DNA from: Alphaproteobacteria bacterium
GTDB lineage: Bacteria; Pseudomonadota; Alphaproteobacteria; MPNO01; UBA830
Direction of reading: 5' to 3'
Assembly: GCA_965243135.1 (NCBI GenBank)
Contig: OZ251539.1
Coordinates: forward strand, 2,112,001 to 2,176,000
DNA length: 64,000 nt
Shown here: positions 1 through 10,083 of the stretch, one piece after another
Layout of the letters: each line of letters begins with the position of its first letter
Position numbering within the stretch: the stretch's first letter is position 1
The notes under the pieces: generated by a model
The model's input: the letters and a program-made list of their open reading frames with translations, nothing else
Database searches by the model: none
What the model was told of the DNA's origin: nothing
Program-made: the position numbers and the translations under genes

Positions 1-479
1 GTCTCCCAGCAAAGCGTTGAATGCGGCATCAACCCCGGACACCGCCGCATCGGGCGCCATCCGGGCTGAATCGACCGTCACCTCTTTGTCTCCCCCGCGA
101 CCTCCCAAGGATTCATCGGAACTGTAATTATGCGCCTTGTCGGCATGCCGCATCACCCCCTTCATCCTTCCGGCGCAAGGCGGCGGTCCTTTCGAACGCT
201 ACGGCCACGCCCAGTTGCTTGCTCCAACGATTATCCCGCCTTCGGCTGCTTCGGCACGATCCCTCGCCGCGGCTCCGCTGGCGATCACGCACCGGACATG
301 TCGCTGCGATCCCCGGTTTCCGTTCCATGTCCTTTTCAACGCGCAGCCGCTTCCCGGTCTGCAACGGAAGCGTTCGACATAGCCTTGCGCTGCACGACCG
401 TCGGCGGCGAGACGCCAGCCCTGCCGCCGCTCGTCCCGAAACCCTGATACCGGCAGACGTTTTCCGCGCAAACAACCGG

Positions 480-1940
480 TCAGGAACGCTCTTCCGAATC
501 CGCGAATCGAACGCGGGAAAAGCGTTCCGCAAGGTCGGCCTTCCGAATCTTTCCGAGCGCGTTTCTCGGCAGGTTCTCGACCCGAAGGATTCGCCGGGGA
601 ACCTTGTACGGCGCAAGACCGCTCCGGCAGTGCGCCATCAGCTCGTCCACTGAAGCGGCGCCCACGAAGCATGCGGCAATTTCCTCGCCCAGCTCGGTAG
701 ACGGAACCCCGACCACCGCAGCGTCCGTCACCTCGGGATGCGCCAGAAGAACGGCCTCCACGTCCACCGGATACACCGTCACGCCGCCGCGGTCGATCGT
801 CTCCCTGCCGCGTCCCGCAAGATGGAGGAATCCGTTTCGGTCGAATTTTCCCAGATCGCCGGGATAGAACCAGCCGTCTCGAAACGCGCCGCTCTCCGGT
901 TCGCGAAAGAATTCGGTCGCGACTCCGGGTCCGCGATAACGGATGCGGCCGGTTTCCTCCGCGGGCACCTCCTCGTGGTCGCCGTCCACGATCTGAACAT
1001 CCGTACCGAACACGACCCGGCCCACCGACCCCGCAGCCTCCGGGCCGTGAACGGGAGTCAGAATCGAGACGCCGCCTCCTTCCGTCGATCCGTAATAGTT
1101 GACGAAAAACGGACACAGGTTCTGCATCACGCTGCGCCGTTCGCTTTCGTGCAAGACAGCTCCGGTGGACAGCAACAGACGCAACCCCGGAAAAAGCGGC
1201 GCGGCGCCGGCCGCTTCCGCCAGCAAACGGCGCAGAATCGTCGGCACCAGCAGCGTCGTCGTCGCTCCCGTTGCGCCCGCGGCTTCGACCAGCCCGCGCG
1301 CGTCGTACGGCGGGGGAAACATGACGGCGGTGGCGCCGCACCAGATCGCGCTCATGGAGAACGAGCGTCCGCCCCCGAAATACAGAGGCGTGGCGGAGAG
1401 ATAGCGATCGTGCTCGGTAAATCCCAGCGAAACGAACTGCGTCATCCACCGCGCCCGCATCTGATCGTGGGTCAGCGCCGGCCCTTTCGGCGTTCCCGTG
1501 GTGCCCGACGACAGGCAAAGCGCCATCGGAGCGGAGCCGTCCTCGGGAAACGTCCCGCCTGCATCCGCCGCGTCCGCCTCGGCGCGGAAGCGTTCGTCGA
1601 CCGCGATGCCTCCGCCCTCCTCCGCTTCGACAAGCGTGGCCGCGGCTCCGAAGCCCTCGGCGACGTTCCGCTTCTCGTATGCGCTCCAACGATGATCGAC
1701 AGGCAGGATGATTCCGCCCATGCGAGCGATGGCCCAGTTCGCGACCAGGTGGTCGGCGGTATCGCGAAGCGCGACCGCGACGACATCGCCCGGCGAGAAC
1801 CCCGAATCGAGCAAATGCCCGGCCCACCTGCGAACCCTGACCGCCAGCGCTCTATGGGTGACGACGCGCCCGCCCTCGATTATCGCAGGGTGAGCGGGTC
1901 TGCGCCGAGCCTGATGGTCGAGCATGGAGGCAAGATTCAC
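480..1940 (-). CDS. AMP-binding acyl-CoA synthetase (class I adenylate-forming enzyme)
   Basis: LSSGTTGTPKG AMP-binding motif, YYGSTEG, GDLG, LPRNALGKI. Confidence 0.9.
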   Translation of the reverse strand: MNLASMLDHQARRRPAHPAIIEGGRVVTHRALAVRVRRWAGHLLDSGFSPGDVVAVALRDTADHLVANWAIARMGGIILPVDHRWSAYEKRNVAEGFGAAATLVEAEEGGGIAVDERFRAEADAADAGGTFPEDGSAPMALCLSSGTTGTPKGPALTHDQMRARWMTQFVSLGFTEHDRYLSATPLYFGGGRSFSMSAIWCGATAVMFPPPYDARGLVEAAGATGATTTLLVPTILRRLLAEAAGAAPLFPGLRLLLSTGAVLHESERRSVMQNLCPFFVNYYGSTEGGGVSILTPVHGPEAAGSVGRVVFGTDVQIVDGDHEEVPAEETGRIRYRGPGVATEFFREPESGAFRDGWFYPGDLGKFDRNGFLHLAGRGRETIDRGGVTVYPVDVEAVLLAHPEVTDAAVVGVPSTELGEEIAACFVGAASVDELMAHCRSGLAPYKVPRRILRVENLPRNALGKIRKADLAERFSRVRFADSEERS

Positions 1941-2430
1941 GGCGGACGCTCCGGTCCGAACGGAAGATCCCGCGTTATACGATTCTTCGCTCGCGCTTTT
2001 CCCGAAACGTTCCTGCAGGCGCGATTCCTGACGGCGCTGCCTCGGTCGGCGGGCCGCCGGCTACGCCGAGGAAACGACCGACGGCCTTCGGGGCAACCCG
2101 CGCCGCTGCGAGGCGATCCTTCGAACGCGCTGCGGTAGCCGGAACGCGCCCACGCTCCGAAACGGAAAGGCGTCTCCGGAATTCCCCTCGCCGGACGTCC
2201 TTCGTTCTCCCGGAAAGGCCTGCGTTCCGGATTCGTAGCCTCCCCGCATCGACGAAACCGAAACGAACGGCGGCGCGGGAGCCGCGACCGCTTCCGAATC
2301 CCGGTCGAATGTCCGCAACCTCCTTTGGGCCGCAGCGCGTTGTCCGGCGCCATAACGGACGACCGCCGCTCGACGGCCGCCCTGCCCCGAAGTTCCCGTT
2401 GTCGGCAAGAAAACCGGCAGGCAGGCCGCA

Positions 2431-3450
2431 TCAAAGGGAACTTTCCGCATCGCCCTCGGCAAACATGCGCTTCCATATTTCCCGCGCCAAATTATGAAAA
2501 TCTTTTTTGGCAGCTACAACCGCAGCTGCATGCGCGCCGATGGCTCCGTCGGCCGGCGTCAACTTGAATATCGGTTTCCGCGCTTCCCGAGCCATCGAAA
2601 CGAGACTTCGATAATGCTTTACGGTCGCTAGGCAGTTATGATCGTCCGAAGGAGTTCCAAGATATTGGCGTTCTCCCTTCTCACCGAACCGCAACGCATA
2701 TTCCGTCGGCATTTTGTTGACCCACTTATCGCAAGCCTTCACCGGATTTCCCAAGCGATATCCATGCTGTTGAACGGTGTAGCCGATCGGCTTCATATAG
2801 CCATTGGGCAACTTCATGTCCGCCGAGCCCGATGGATTCCAGCCATTGCGGCGCGTTAACCATCCGCTCCGCCATCCGTTCAAGGTTGGCCCCAGGTTGC
2901 GCAGTCCCCGAAAGGAAAAAAGATCCGCGCCGAGAGGCGTGACGACGAAGTCGGTTGCGATCAGGACGGAACGGTTGAGCGCGTCGAGATTGGGACCGAC
3001 GTCCGCAAGAACGACATTGGCATTCACGCTCTTCGCCCCGTTCTGCATTACCTGCCAGAACGCCGTAAGCGCGCGAAACGCCGACTCAACGTTGCCGAGC
3101 GCATTCCGCCATTCGATCGACAGGTTGTCTTCGAGGCCCGAGAGGGCTGGATCGCCGGGAACGAGGCCCAGGGTTTCGGAAATCATGCGGACTTCCGGTT
3201 CGTTGAGATCGCCCTCCCGGATCGACGGCGCCGCGCATTGATGAATTGTGCGATTTTTTTGGTCGCCGCGCCAAAGCGCTTCCAGAGCATCCTCGTCGAG
3301 AAAGGAAGCCGTCAACCCGGCCTGCGGATCGAGATCGCAGGCAAGGACTCGCTTGCCTTTTTCCGAAAGCATCCATGCCAAATGGTAGACGAGCGAGGTC
3401 TTGCCGACTCCGCGCCTGTCGCTGAAGAAGGTAAGGACAGGAACCGTCAC
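2431..3450 (-). CDS. ParA/MinD-like ATPase with degenerate deviant Walker A
   Basis: FFSDRRGVGKT, DLDPQ, DVGPNL motifs; GTG start overlaps upstream gene stop (GTGA). Confidence 0.85.
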   Translation of the reverse strand: MTVPVLTFFSDRRGVGKTSLVYHLAWMLSEKGKRVLACDLDPQAGLTASFLDEDALEALWRGDQKNRTIHQCAAPSIREGDLNEPEVRMISETLGLVPGDPALSGLEDNLSIEWRNALGNVESAFRALTAFWQVMQNGAKSVNANVVLADVGPNLDALNRSVLIATDFVVTPLGADLFSFRGLRNLGPTLNGWRSGWLTRRNGWNPSGSADMKLPNGYMKPIGYTVQQHGYRLGNPVKACDKWVNKMPTEYALRFGEKGERQYLGTPSDDHNCLATVKHYRSLVSMAREARKPIFKLTPADGAIGAHAAAVVAAKKDFHNLAREIWKRMFAEGDAESSL

Positions 3451-4670
3451 CGACGAGTTTCCTCCGTCCGGGATGCTCGCACAGTGGCGAGAACATGGGT
3501 TGGCTGCGCCTCGAACTCCGCTTCGGGGCAGCCGGAATCCCGCAACGACCGTTGCGCAATTGGAATGCCGACCCCGAACCTCTGAACGAAGCCCAGCGCC
3601 TTCATCGCCTCGGCCAGATTAGGATTTCGATAATCGGTGATCCCTGGATCTCCGAAATTCTCCCGGGTAACGGCCCCGAAAGGACCGCCGGGATTCTGGA
3701 TCTCGATCCGGTCGTCGAACCAGGTCACCCGAACCGGGGCGTTCGTCGCATCGTAACTGCGATGCATGACGGCGTTTCGCACCAGTTGCTGCAGAGCCGC
3801 CAGAGGAAAGTTTTCCGTTCGAACTTCCAGCTGCCGACTTACCAGGTCGACGCCGCGACGATTGTGAGCGCGCAGCTTTTCCTCGATACCCCGCAGCATC
3901 TCTGAAACCGTTCCGTCGTATTCGGCCGAATCGACGATCTCGTCGGCAAGAGTCGCGCCTTCGATGCGCAGAAACTGGATATAGGCTCCAGGAATGAAGT
4001 CGCGCGGGCATACGCCGAGCACGAGCAGGCCCAATGCCGTTGCGGTTTCTTCGTCGACCGACGAGATCATCTTGGCCGCCGCCAGACGCTGGACAAGACT
4101 GCGGTCGTTCTCCGCCAACGTCTCCGAACTTACCGAATTCGGCAGATATTCGTCCTCGAATCGGCGGGCGCTGAGGTCCGCGATGCCGGAACTCGGCACC
4201 GGACGGAGGTCGAACGGCCGATCGCCGAAGCGCCTTCGCTCGTTCAGAATTCTCTCTTCCTGGGCAGTCGCCATTCCCCGCCGCGGACCGCTTCGCACAT
4301 GGATGGCTCCCCTATATCGAACCGGGGGCGAATCCGAAGGCGATACGGTCGCCACCGCGATCTCTTCGCCTCTCCATGAGCGTTTTTCGACCAGCAGCAC
4401 GGGCGGCGGCAAGATGCTCCCTTCGCTCCGGATATTGGTCAGCGCAAGGAGCGTTTCGTCGGCGACCTCGACCGTCGTCAGATCGTCTCTGAGACCGACC
4501 ACGACGATCCCGGGTTCTTGGGTGCCCGCGAGATCGTTCGCAAAAGCGCAGATGGCTTCCCTGATCTTTTTCGGGGCGCTCCCCTCAAGCCCTTCCTTGA
4601 ATTCGACCCGCGGGCCTTCCCCTCCTTCGATAAGCCGCGCGAGTTCCGCATCGTCGAGTCTCAACGTCAC
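3447..4670 (-). CDS. Schlafen/AlbA_2 domain + HATPase_c_4 (RecG C-terminal-like) protein
   Basis: GEGPRVEFKE..ICAFAN N-terminus; NAVMHRSY, IEIQNPGG, YRNPNLA, FVQRFGVGI C-terminal motifs. Confidence 0.85.
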   Translation of the reverse strand: MTLRLDDAELARLIEGGEGPRVEFKEGLEGSAPKKIREAICAFANDLAGTQEPGIVVVGLRDDLTTVEVADETLLALTNIRSEGSILPPPVLLVEKRSWRGEEIAVATVSPSDSPPVRYRGAIHVRSGPRRGMATAQEERILNERRRFGDRPFDLRPVPSSGIADLSARRFEDEYLPNSVSSETLAENDRSLVQRLAAAKMISSVDEETATALGLLVLGVCPRDFIPGAYIQFLRIEGATLADEIVDSAEYDGTVSEMLRGIEEKLRAHNRRGVDLVSRQLEVRTENFPLAALQQLVRNAVMHRSYDATNAPVRVTWFDDRIEIQNPGGPFGAVTRENFGDPGITDYRNPNLAEAMKALGFVQRFGVGIPIAQRSLRDSGCPEAEFEAQPTHVLATVRASRTEETRR

Positions 4671-4925
4671 CTCGCCCTCGCCTGTTCAAAGCCCTCCCGG
4701 AGGCGCGCGAAACTTCGATGCGCTTCGCGTTGACGCCGGCATGAAACGAGGTGCCGCGCGCCGTCCCGTCGCCGCCCGCTTTCCTGGATCCGCAGCGCGC
4801 GCCAAAGCCGCGGATCCGCCTCTGGAAAAAGGCATTTTTCCGATTCCCCATGCATTGCTCGCCCGTTCGCGCGGCAGGGGCCGAGGGCGGAAGCCGGCGC
4901 AGCGCCCGCTCCCGCCCGCACGGGA

Positions 4926-6092
4926 TCAGAGCTTGGTCGGATCGACCTTCGTATAAATGTGCTCGCGCATCAGCCGCTCGTAGACGGCCGTCGCGTCGTC
5001 GAGCTTCGAAGGATCGGGACCGGCCGACGAGAGAATGCCCGCAAGACCGGCATCCTTCACGATTTTCGTCCACTTTCCGATGTTCTTCTGAAACGCCGCG
5101 GCGATCTTCTCCGGATCCTGAGCCTTGAGCTTCCTGGCGTTGTCGATGGCGGTCTTCACTTCGTTCTTCTTGTGCTCTTCCCATAGAGCCCGGATGTCGT
5201 CCCCGCCCTTGCTGACCGCAATTCCCAATGCCGCGGCGGCCTTCTTGGCGGCGATATCGTCGCCTATGTAGCCCTTGACCACGGTTCGCGCGATAGCGCC
5301 AGGCAGAGCGTCCCAGACGATCCGCTTCTGCTCGTCGGTGTAGGCGTCCCAGGCCTTGCGGTTCATTACCATCAGCCCGAGGCCGGAATAGGATCCGAAC
5401 TGATAGTTGATCACCGACTTGAGGGCGTCGTCGATGGGATAGGACTTGATCCACGCCATGGGCCCGATGATGCAATCGATCTGGCCGCGCTTGATCGCTT
5501 CCGGCACGTCCGACATCGTCATGGAAACCGGGGTGCCTCCCAGCGCTCTCGCCCAGCGGCCGAGCGCGCCCGTGGTGCGGAGCTTGAGGTCCTTGAGATC
5601 GGCCACCCTGGCGATCCCCGGCTTGCGGCAAAGAAGCGAGTAGCCTCCCACCCCGTACCCGGCGAGATAGATCGTGCCGTTTTTCTTGTAGTCGTTCAGG
5701 CATTCGGGACAGTCGAAGAAATACGTCTGGTGCGCGGCGCCGTTCATGATCAGCTCGTTCTCGCCCAACATCATCATGTCGGCGATGACGAACGCGTGCT
5801 TGAGGCCGGTCCGCGAATAGCTGGGCACGATCAGCCCCGCCTCCGCCGTGCCGTTGCCGACGGACTTGAGGGTGGCCTTGGCGCTGAAGAGCTGCCCCCC
5901 GGCCACCAGCTTCCAGGGAACGCCTTTCCGGGTCAGCTCTTCGACGAGCGGGGCGATGCCGTGGCGGTTCACGTTGTGCTTCGGCGGCAGCCACTGTCCG
6001 TAAGTGTATGTTTTCTGAGACAACGCGGCGCCGGAACCGGCGATCGTCAGCCCGAAGACGGCCGCGCCGGCAAGTGCGGATCTGAGCTTCAT
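4926..6092 (-). CDS. TRAP transporter substrate-binding protein (DctP family)
   Basis: Signal peptide MKLRSALAGAAVFG after GGAG RBS; DLKDLKLR motif; follows dctQ/dctM-like genes. Confidence 0.85.
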   Translation of the reverse strand: MKLRSALAGAAVFGLTIAGSGAALSQKTYTYGQWLPPKHNVNRHGIAPLVEELTRKGVPWKLVAGGQLFSAKATLKSVGNGTAEAGLIVPSYSRTGLKHAFVIADMMMLGENELIMNGAAHQTYFFDCPECLNDYKKNGTIYLAGYGVGGYSLLCRKPGIARVADLKDLKLRTTGALGRWARALGGTPVSMTMSDVPEAIKRGQIDCIIGPMAWIKSYPIDDALKSVINYQFGSYSGLGLMVMNRKAWDAYTDEQKRIVWDALPGAIARTVVKGYIGDDIAAKKAAAALGIAVSKGGDDIRALWEEHKKNEVKTAIDNARKLKAQDPEKIAAAFQKNIGKWTKIVKDAGLAGILSSAGPDPSKLDDATAVYERLMREHIYTKVDPTKL

Positions 6093-6160
6093 GTTCGTTC
6101 TCCCTCCTGTCCCGTCCTGCGGAACCGATCGATGTTGCGCCTCGCCGCGGAACCGAAGCC

Positions 6161-7468
6161 TCAGTTCATGAGGCCCGGCAAATAAAGCGAGATGCCCGGA
6201 AAAGCGGCCAGCAACAGTACCACGAACACCTCGCAGACCAGAAACCAGCCCACTCCCTTGAAGATCGTCTCGAGCGATATGTCGGCGCCGACCACGCTCT
6301 TGATGACGTAAACGTTGAGCCCCACCGGCGGCGTCAGCAATCCGATCTCGATGTACTTGACGACGAGCACGCCGAACCAGATCAGATCCAGGTTGAGCGC
6401 CTCGAACATCGGCAGCAGCAGCGGCAACGTGATCAGGAGCAATCCGAGCGGATCGAGAAACATGCCGAGGATGACGTATATGATCGATGCCGCGAGCACG
6501 AGCAGAACCGGATCGGCCGCCCAGCTGCCCACCATGTCCTTGAGAAAGCTTTCCGCTCCCGTCATGGCCAGGAACCGGGTCAGCAGCACGGCGCCGATGG
6601 CGACCCAGAAGATCCGGGCCGTGCCGGACAGCGCCTCGAAAACGCTGTCCCTGAAGACTTTGAAGGAAAGCCGGCCCTGCGCGGCCGCGATGACGAAGGA
6701 CACGAACGCTCCGAAGGCGCCGGCTTCGGTCGCGGTGAAGACGCCCGCGTAGAGGCCGCCGATGATGGTGACGACAAGCGCGAGCAGCGGCCAGACTTCG
6801 CCTAGCGCCGCGAAGCGTTCCGCGCGATTCGCGTCCTGCATCTGCGGCGGCCCGAGGGACGGATTGATCCGGCAGCGGACGATGATCATCGTGGTGTAGA
6901 TCGCCGCCGTCATCAATCCCGGCAGCACGCCGGCGATGAAGAGCTTGCTGATCGAGACTTCGGCGAAAATCCCGTAGAGCACGAAGGCGATCGAAGGCGG
7001 AATCATGGCGCCCAGCGTGCCGGCGCTGGCGACCGTTCCGGTCGACAGGCCCGGATCGTAACCGGCTCGCGTCATTTCCGGCACGCTGATGCGGCCGAGC
7101 GCGGCGGCGGTCGCGGTGCTCGAGCCGGAGGCCGCCGCGAAACCGGCGCAGGCCAGATTGGCGGCGACGGCGAGCCCGCCCGGCAGGCCGCCCAGCCACA
7201 GCTTCGCGGCCTTGAACAACGAGGCCGATATGCCGGAATGATGCGCCACCGCGCCCATCAGCAGGAACATCGGAATCGCGGAGAACGACCAGTGCGCCGC
7301 AAAGTCGAACGGCTCGGTCCGCAGCATGCCGCCCGCCACGTCCCATCCCTTGAGCGCCGCGACGCCGGTTATCGAAACCAGCATAAGCGCAAAGCCCACA
7401 GGCATGCGCAGCGCGATGAGGACGAGGAGCGCCCCGAGACCGGCGAACCCGATCTGCAGTTCGGTCAC
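6161..7468 (-). CDS. TRAP transporter large permease (DctM)
   Basis: AIPMFLLMG, SGSSTAT, GTLGAMIPPS, IGLLTPPVG motifs. Confidence 0.92.
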   Translation of the reverse strand: MTELQIGFAGLGALLVLIALRMPVGFALMLVSITGVAALKGWDVAGGMLRTEPFDFAAHWSFSAIPMFLLMGAVAHHSGISASLFKAAKLWLGGLPGGLAVAANLACAGFAAASGSSTATAAALGRISVPEMTRAGYDPGLSTGTVASAGTLGAMIPPSIAFVLYGIFAEVSISKLFIAGVLPGLMTAAIYTTMIIVRCRINPSLGPPQMQDANRAERFAALGEVWPLLALVVTIIGGLYAGVFTATEAGAFGAFVSFVIAAAQGRLSFKVFRDSVFEALSGTARIFWVAIGAVLLTRFLAMTGAESFLKDMVGSWAADPVLLVLAASIIYVILGMFLDPLGLLLITLPLLLPMFEALNLDLIWFGVLVVKYIEIGLLTPPVGLNVYVIKSVVGADISLETIFKGVGWFLVCEVFVVLLLAAFPGISLYLPGLMN

Positions 7469-7472
7469 GCCG

Positions 7473-7991
7473 TCACTCCCATCGCGCGGGTTCGCGCCGG
7501 CCGAGGGCGACCAGGAAGTCGTCGACGATCCGGAACGCCATGTAGACTCCCATGAGAAACACGCCCGCAGGCAAAAGGAACCGGCTCGGCCAGATCGTGA
7601 TCAGATCGTCGGACGTCTCCCACATCTCCCCCGAAGCGTGGCTCTCGAGCGCGGCGATCCAGGTCTCGCGCACCAGCCAGGCGGTGAAGGCGAGGCACGC
7701 CGCCCCCAGCGCGGCTTCGAGCAGGGCGAGCGCCCTCGGCGACAGGCCGCGCGTGAAGAGTTCGACGTGAATGTGTCCCTCGTGATGCGCCACGTAGGCG
7801 AGCGGCAGGAACGTCACGGCGACCATGTCGTAGAACGAAACGATTTCGATCGTGCCGTCGAGCGGCGACGCGACGATTTCCCGCATCGCGACGTCGACCA
7901 CCACATGGAACATGATAAGAAGTATCGCGATCCCGGCGATCCACGAGAAGAGATTTGAGGGGATCCGGATTGACCAGTGGTCAGGTCGCAT
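7473..7991 (-). CDS. TRAP transporter small permease (DctQ)
   Basis: About 4 TM segments, DVAMRE and GHIHVEL motifs, upstream of DctM. Confidence 0.85.
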   Translation of the reverse strand: MRPDHWSIRIPSNLFSWIAGIAILLIMFHVVVDVAMREIVASPLDGTIEIVSFYDMVAVTFLPLAYVAHHEGHIHVELFTRGLSPRALALLEAALGAACLAFTAWLVRETWIAALESHASGEMWETSDDLITIWPSRFLLPAGVFLMGVYMAFRIVDDFLVALGRREPARWE

Positions 7992-8149
7992 TCAGAGACT
8001 CCGCGTGTCCCGGCGGACAACGCAGCGCCCGCGGAACGACTATAGCGCAGCCCGGAACCGGACGGAAACCGGGTCGCGAACCGGGGTTTCCCGAAAGCCG
8101 CCGCGGCATGTTATTTGTATCCGCCTACGCTACCGGAAAGGATGATGTC

Positions 8150-8974
8150 ATGACCGCAGCGCCCGGCCCGACCGTTCCCGGCGTCCTACAGTTCACCGTG
8201 AAGACCGGCGAGATTCCGACCACCCAGGTCTCGGACGGCGGCGGCCGCAGCGATCCGAAGACCGGCGCCTACGAAATGAAGGAGGTCGCCGTCCATGACG
8301 GCCGGCCGAGAGCGAACGAGTTCGATCTCGAAACCCAGGGCTTCAAGTTCATGCGGCACGAAACGGCCGTTACGGACTTCACCGACGGCGAACAGGTGGA
8401 AGCCGTCTACTACCCGGAACTCGAGGAGTTGCTTCGGAGCGCGACGGGGGCGGAGAAGATCCTGATCTTCGATCACACCATTCGGATCGGCGACCCCGAA
8501 AAGCGCGCGGCGCTCGGCGTGCGCGACCCGGTGCGCAACGCGCATAACGACTTCACCGACGAGTCCGCGCCGCAGCGCGTGCGCGACCTGTTGCCGCCGG
8601 ACGAGGCGGAGGAGCGATTGAAGCGGCGTTTCGCCTCGATCAACGTCTGGCGCCCGCTGACGGGGCCGGTAAAAACCGATCCCATCGCGATCTGCGAATG
8701 GAACAGCATCGGCCCCGACGACATGGTCGTCGCCAAGCGGGTGTACAAGGATCGCGTGGGCGGCATTCTCAACCTCAGCTACAACCCGAATCAGCGTTGG
8801 CACTACTTCCCCGACATGGAGACGGACGAGGTCATCCTGCTCAAGTGCTTCGATTCCGAACGCGACGGCCGCGCCCGCTGGACTGCGCATGCGGCGTTCG
8901 AGGATCCGGCCGGCCCCGACCCGGACCTGCCGGCGCGCGAAAGCATCGAGGTCAGAACCCTGCTGTTCTACTGA
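8150..8974 (+). CDS. CmcJ/NvfI family oxidoreductase (often annotated methyltransferase)
   Basis: FDHTIR, AHNDFT, INVWRP, WTAHAAF, RESIEVR motifs; start chosen after GGAAAGGA. Confidence 0.8.
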   Translation: MTAAPGPTVPGVLQFTVKTGEIPTTQVSDGGGRSDPKTGAYEMKEVAVHDGRPRANEFDLETQGFKFMRHETAVTDFTDGEQVEAVYYPELEELLRSATGAEKILIFDHTIRIGDPEKRAALGVRDPVRNAHNDFTDESAPQRVRDLLPPDEAEERLKRRFASINVWRPLTGPVKTDPIAICEWNSIGPDDMVVAKRVYKDRVGGILNLSYNPNQRWHYFPDMETDEVILLKCFDSERDGRARWTAHAAFEDPAGPDPDLPARESIEVRTLLFY

Positions 8975-8983
8975 CGCCGTTCT

Positions 8984-9388
8984 TCAGTCGAACATCGCCA
9001 CGCAGTCGATCTCGACGTTGACGCCGACGCGGTGGGGCGTGCCGCCGATGCAGGTGCGCGTCACCTTCTCTCCCTGCATGAACTGCGTGAAGGCCTCGTT
9101 GAAGCGGGGAAAGTCCGCGACGTCCCGAAGGCAGACGCGCATGTTCACCACGTTGGCCATCGTCGCTCCGGCCGCGGCGAGCACGTTCTCGATGTTGGCG
9201 AGGGTCCGGCGCGTCTGCTCTCCGATGTCGCCGGAAACCACCTCGCGCGTCTCGGGATCGAGCGGCCCCTGACCCGAGACGAACAGCATGTTGCCGAACC
9301 GCGCGCCCTGGGCGAGCGGCGAGGGAGTCGCCTTGTCGGTGAATCCGGTCGTCGGCGACTTGCTGGAAGTCACGATTTGCTTGGGCAT
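8984..9388 (-). CDS. RidA/YjgF family protein (possible 2-aminomuconate deaminase)
   Basis: LFVSGQGP, TRTC, VEIDC motifs; directly downstream of HAO-like gene. Confidence 0.85.
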   Translation of the reverse strand: MPKQIVTSSKSPTTGFTDKATPSPLAQGARFGNMLFVSGQGPLDPETREVVSGDIGEQTRRTLANIENVLAAAGATMANVVNMRVCLRDVADFPRFNEAFTQFMQGEKVTRTCIGGTPHRVGVNVEIDCVAMFD

Positions 9389-9425
9389 GCCTTTCGCCTT
9401 GCAGGTTTTCCGGTCGCGGGACTCG

Positions 9426-9935
9426 CTACGGGCGCGGCGCGACCGCGCCGCAGCTTCCGCAGGTGCGGCTCTCCTCCGAATCGAAATAACGGGCGTAGGC
9501 TTTCGAAACGGGATCCTTGGCGTAATCGTCCACCACGAAGGTCTCTTCATGGAGGAAAGCGTCGCAGGACGGACAATACCAGTGAAAGCGGTCGATTTCG
9601 CCGGGGCGCCGCATGCGCTCGCTGACGAGCAGGTACGCGTCGGGAGGGAAGCGCGGCGAATGGGGTATCCCGGCCGCGGTGTATATCGTGCAGCCCTGCC
9701 GGACCACGGACACCTCCTCCCCGCCTCCGGGCGCGCGGTAGTGAAGGTTCATGTCGCCCTTCAGCATGGTCATCGTCTCGTCGCCCGGATTGATGTGGAA
9801 CTCGCTTCGATATTCCCGGCCGCGAGCGACGAACACGAGGGATTCCGGCCTCTGCCACAACACGTGAACCCGCCTGCCCGTCCTCCCGAGTTCCTCGGAG
9901 ACGGCGTCGAGATCGGCAATCGGCATGGGAAGCAT
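9426..9935 (-). CDS. 3-hydroxyanthranilate 3,4-dioxygenase-like cupin
   Basis: FH..DE iron ligands, PHSP, WYCPSC and RTCGSCG rubredoxin-like site. Confidence 0.8.
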   Translation of the reverse strand: MLPMPIADLDAVSEELGRTGRRVHVLWQRPESLVFVARGREYRSEFHINPGDETMTMLKGDMNLHYRAPGGGEEVSVVRQGCTIYTAAGIPHSPRFPPDAYLLVSERMRRPGEIDRFHWYCPSCDAFLHEETFVVDDYAKDPVSKAYARYFDSEESRTCGSCGAVAPRP

Positions 9936-10083
9936 CGGCGTTCTCCAACCGTTTCGGCAATCATTCTCGGCATATCCGGGCGCCGGATCAAGCCCGGCGC
10001 GAACGAGCGCGAAAGACGCGCCGGCGGACGCGGCGCCGTCTTCGGACTTCGCAGGCCTCGCCGGACGGGCCGCGCGCAGGCCG

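Noticed and set aside
1-60. Possible start of a minus-strand CDS (MAPDAAVSGVDAAFNALLGD) running off the window
   Set aside because: Only 20 codons visible; cannot be supported or assigned
2431-3450. Adenine-biased changes as diversity-generating retroelement activity
   Set aside because: No reverse transcriptase or template repeat seen; T>C changes also occur and changes are spread over several genes
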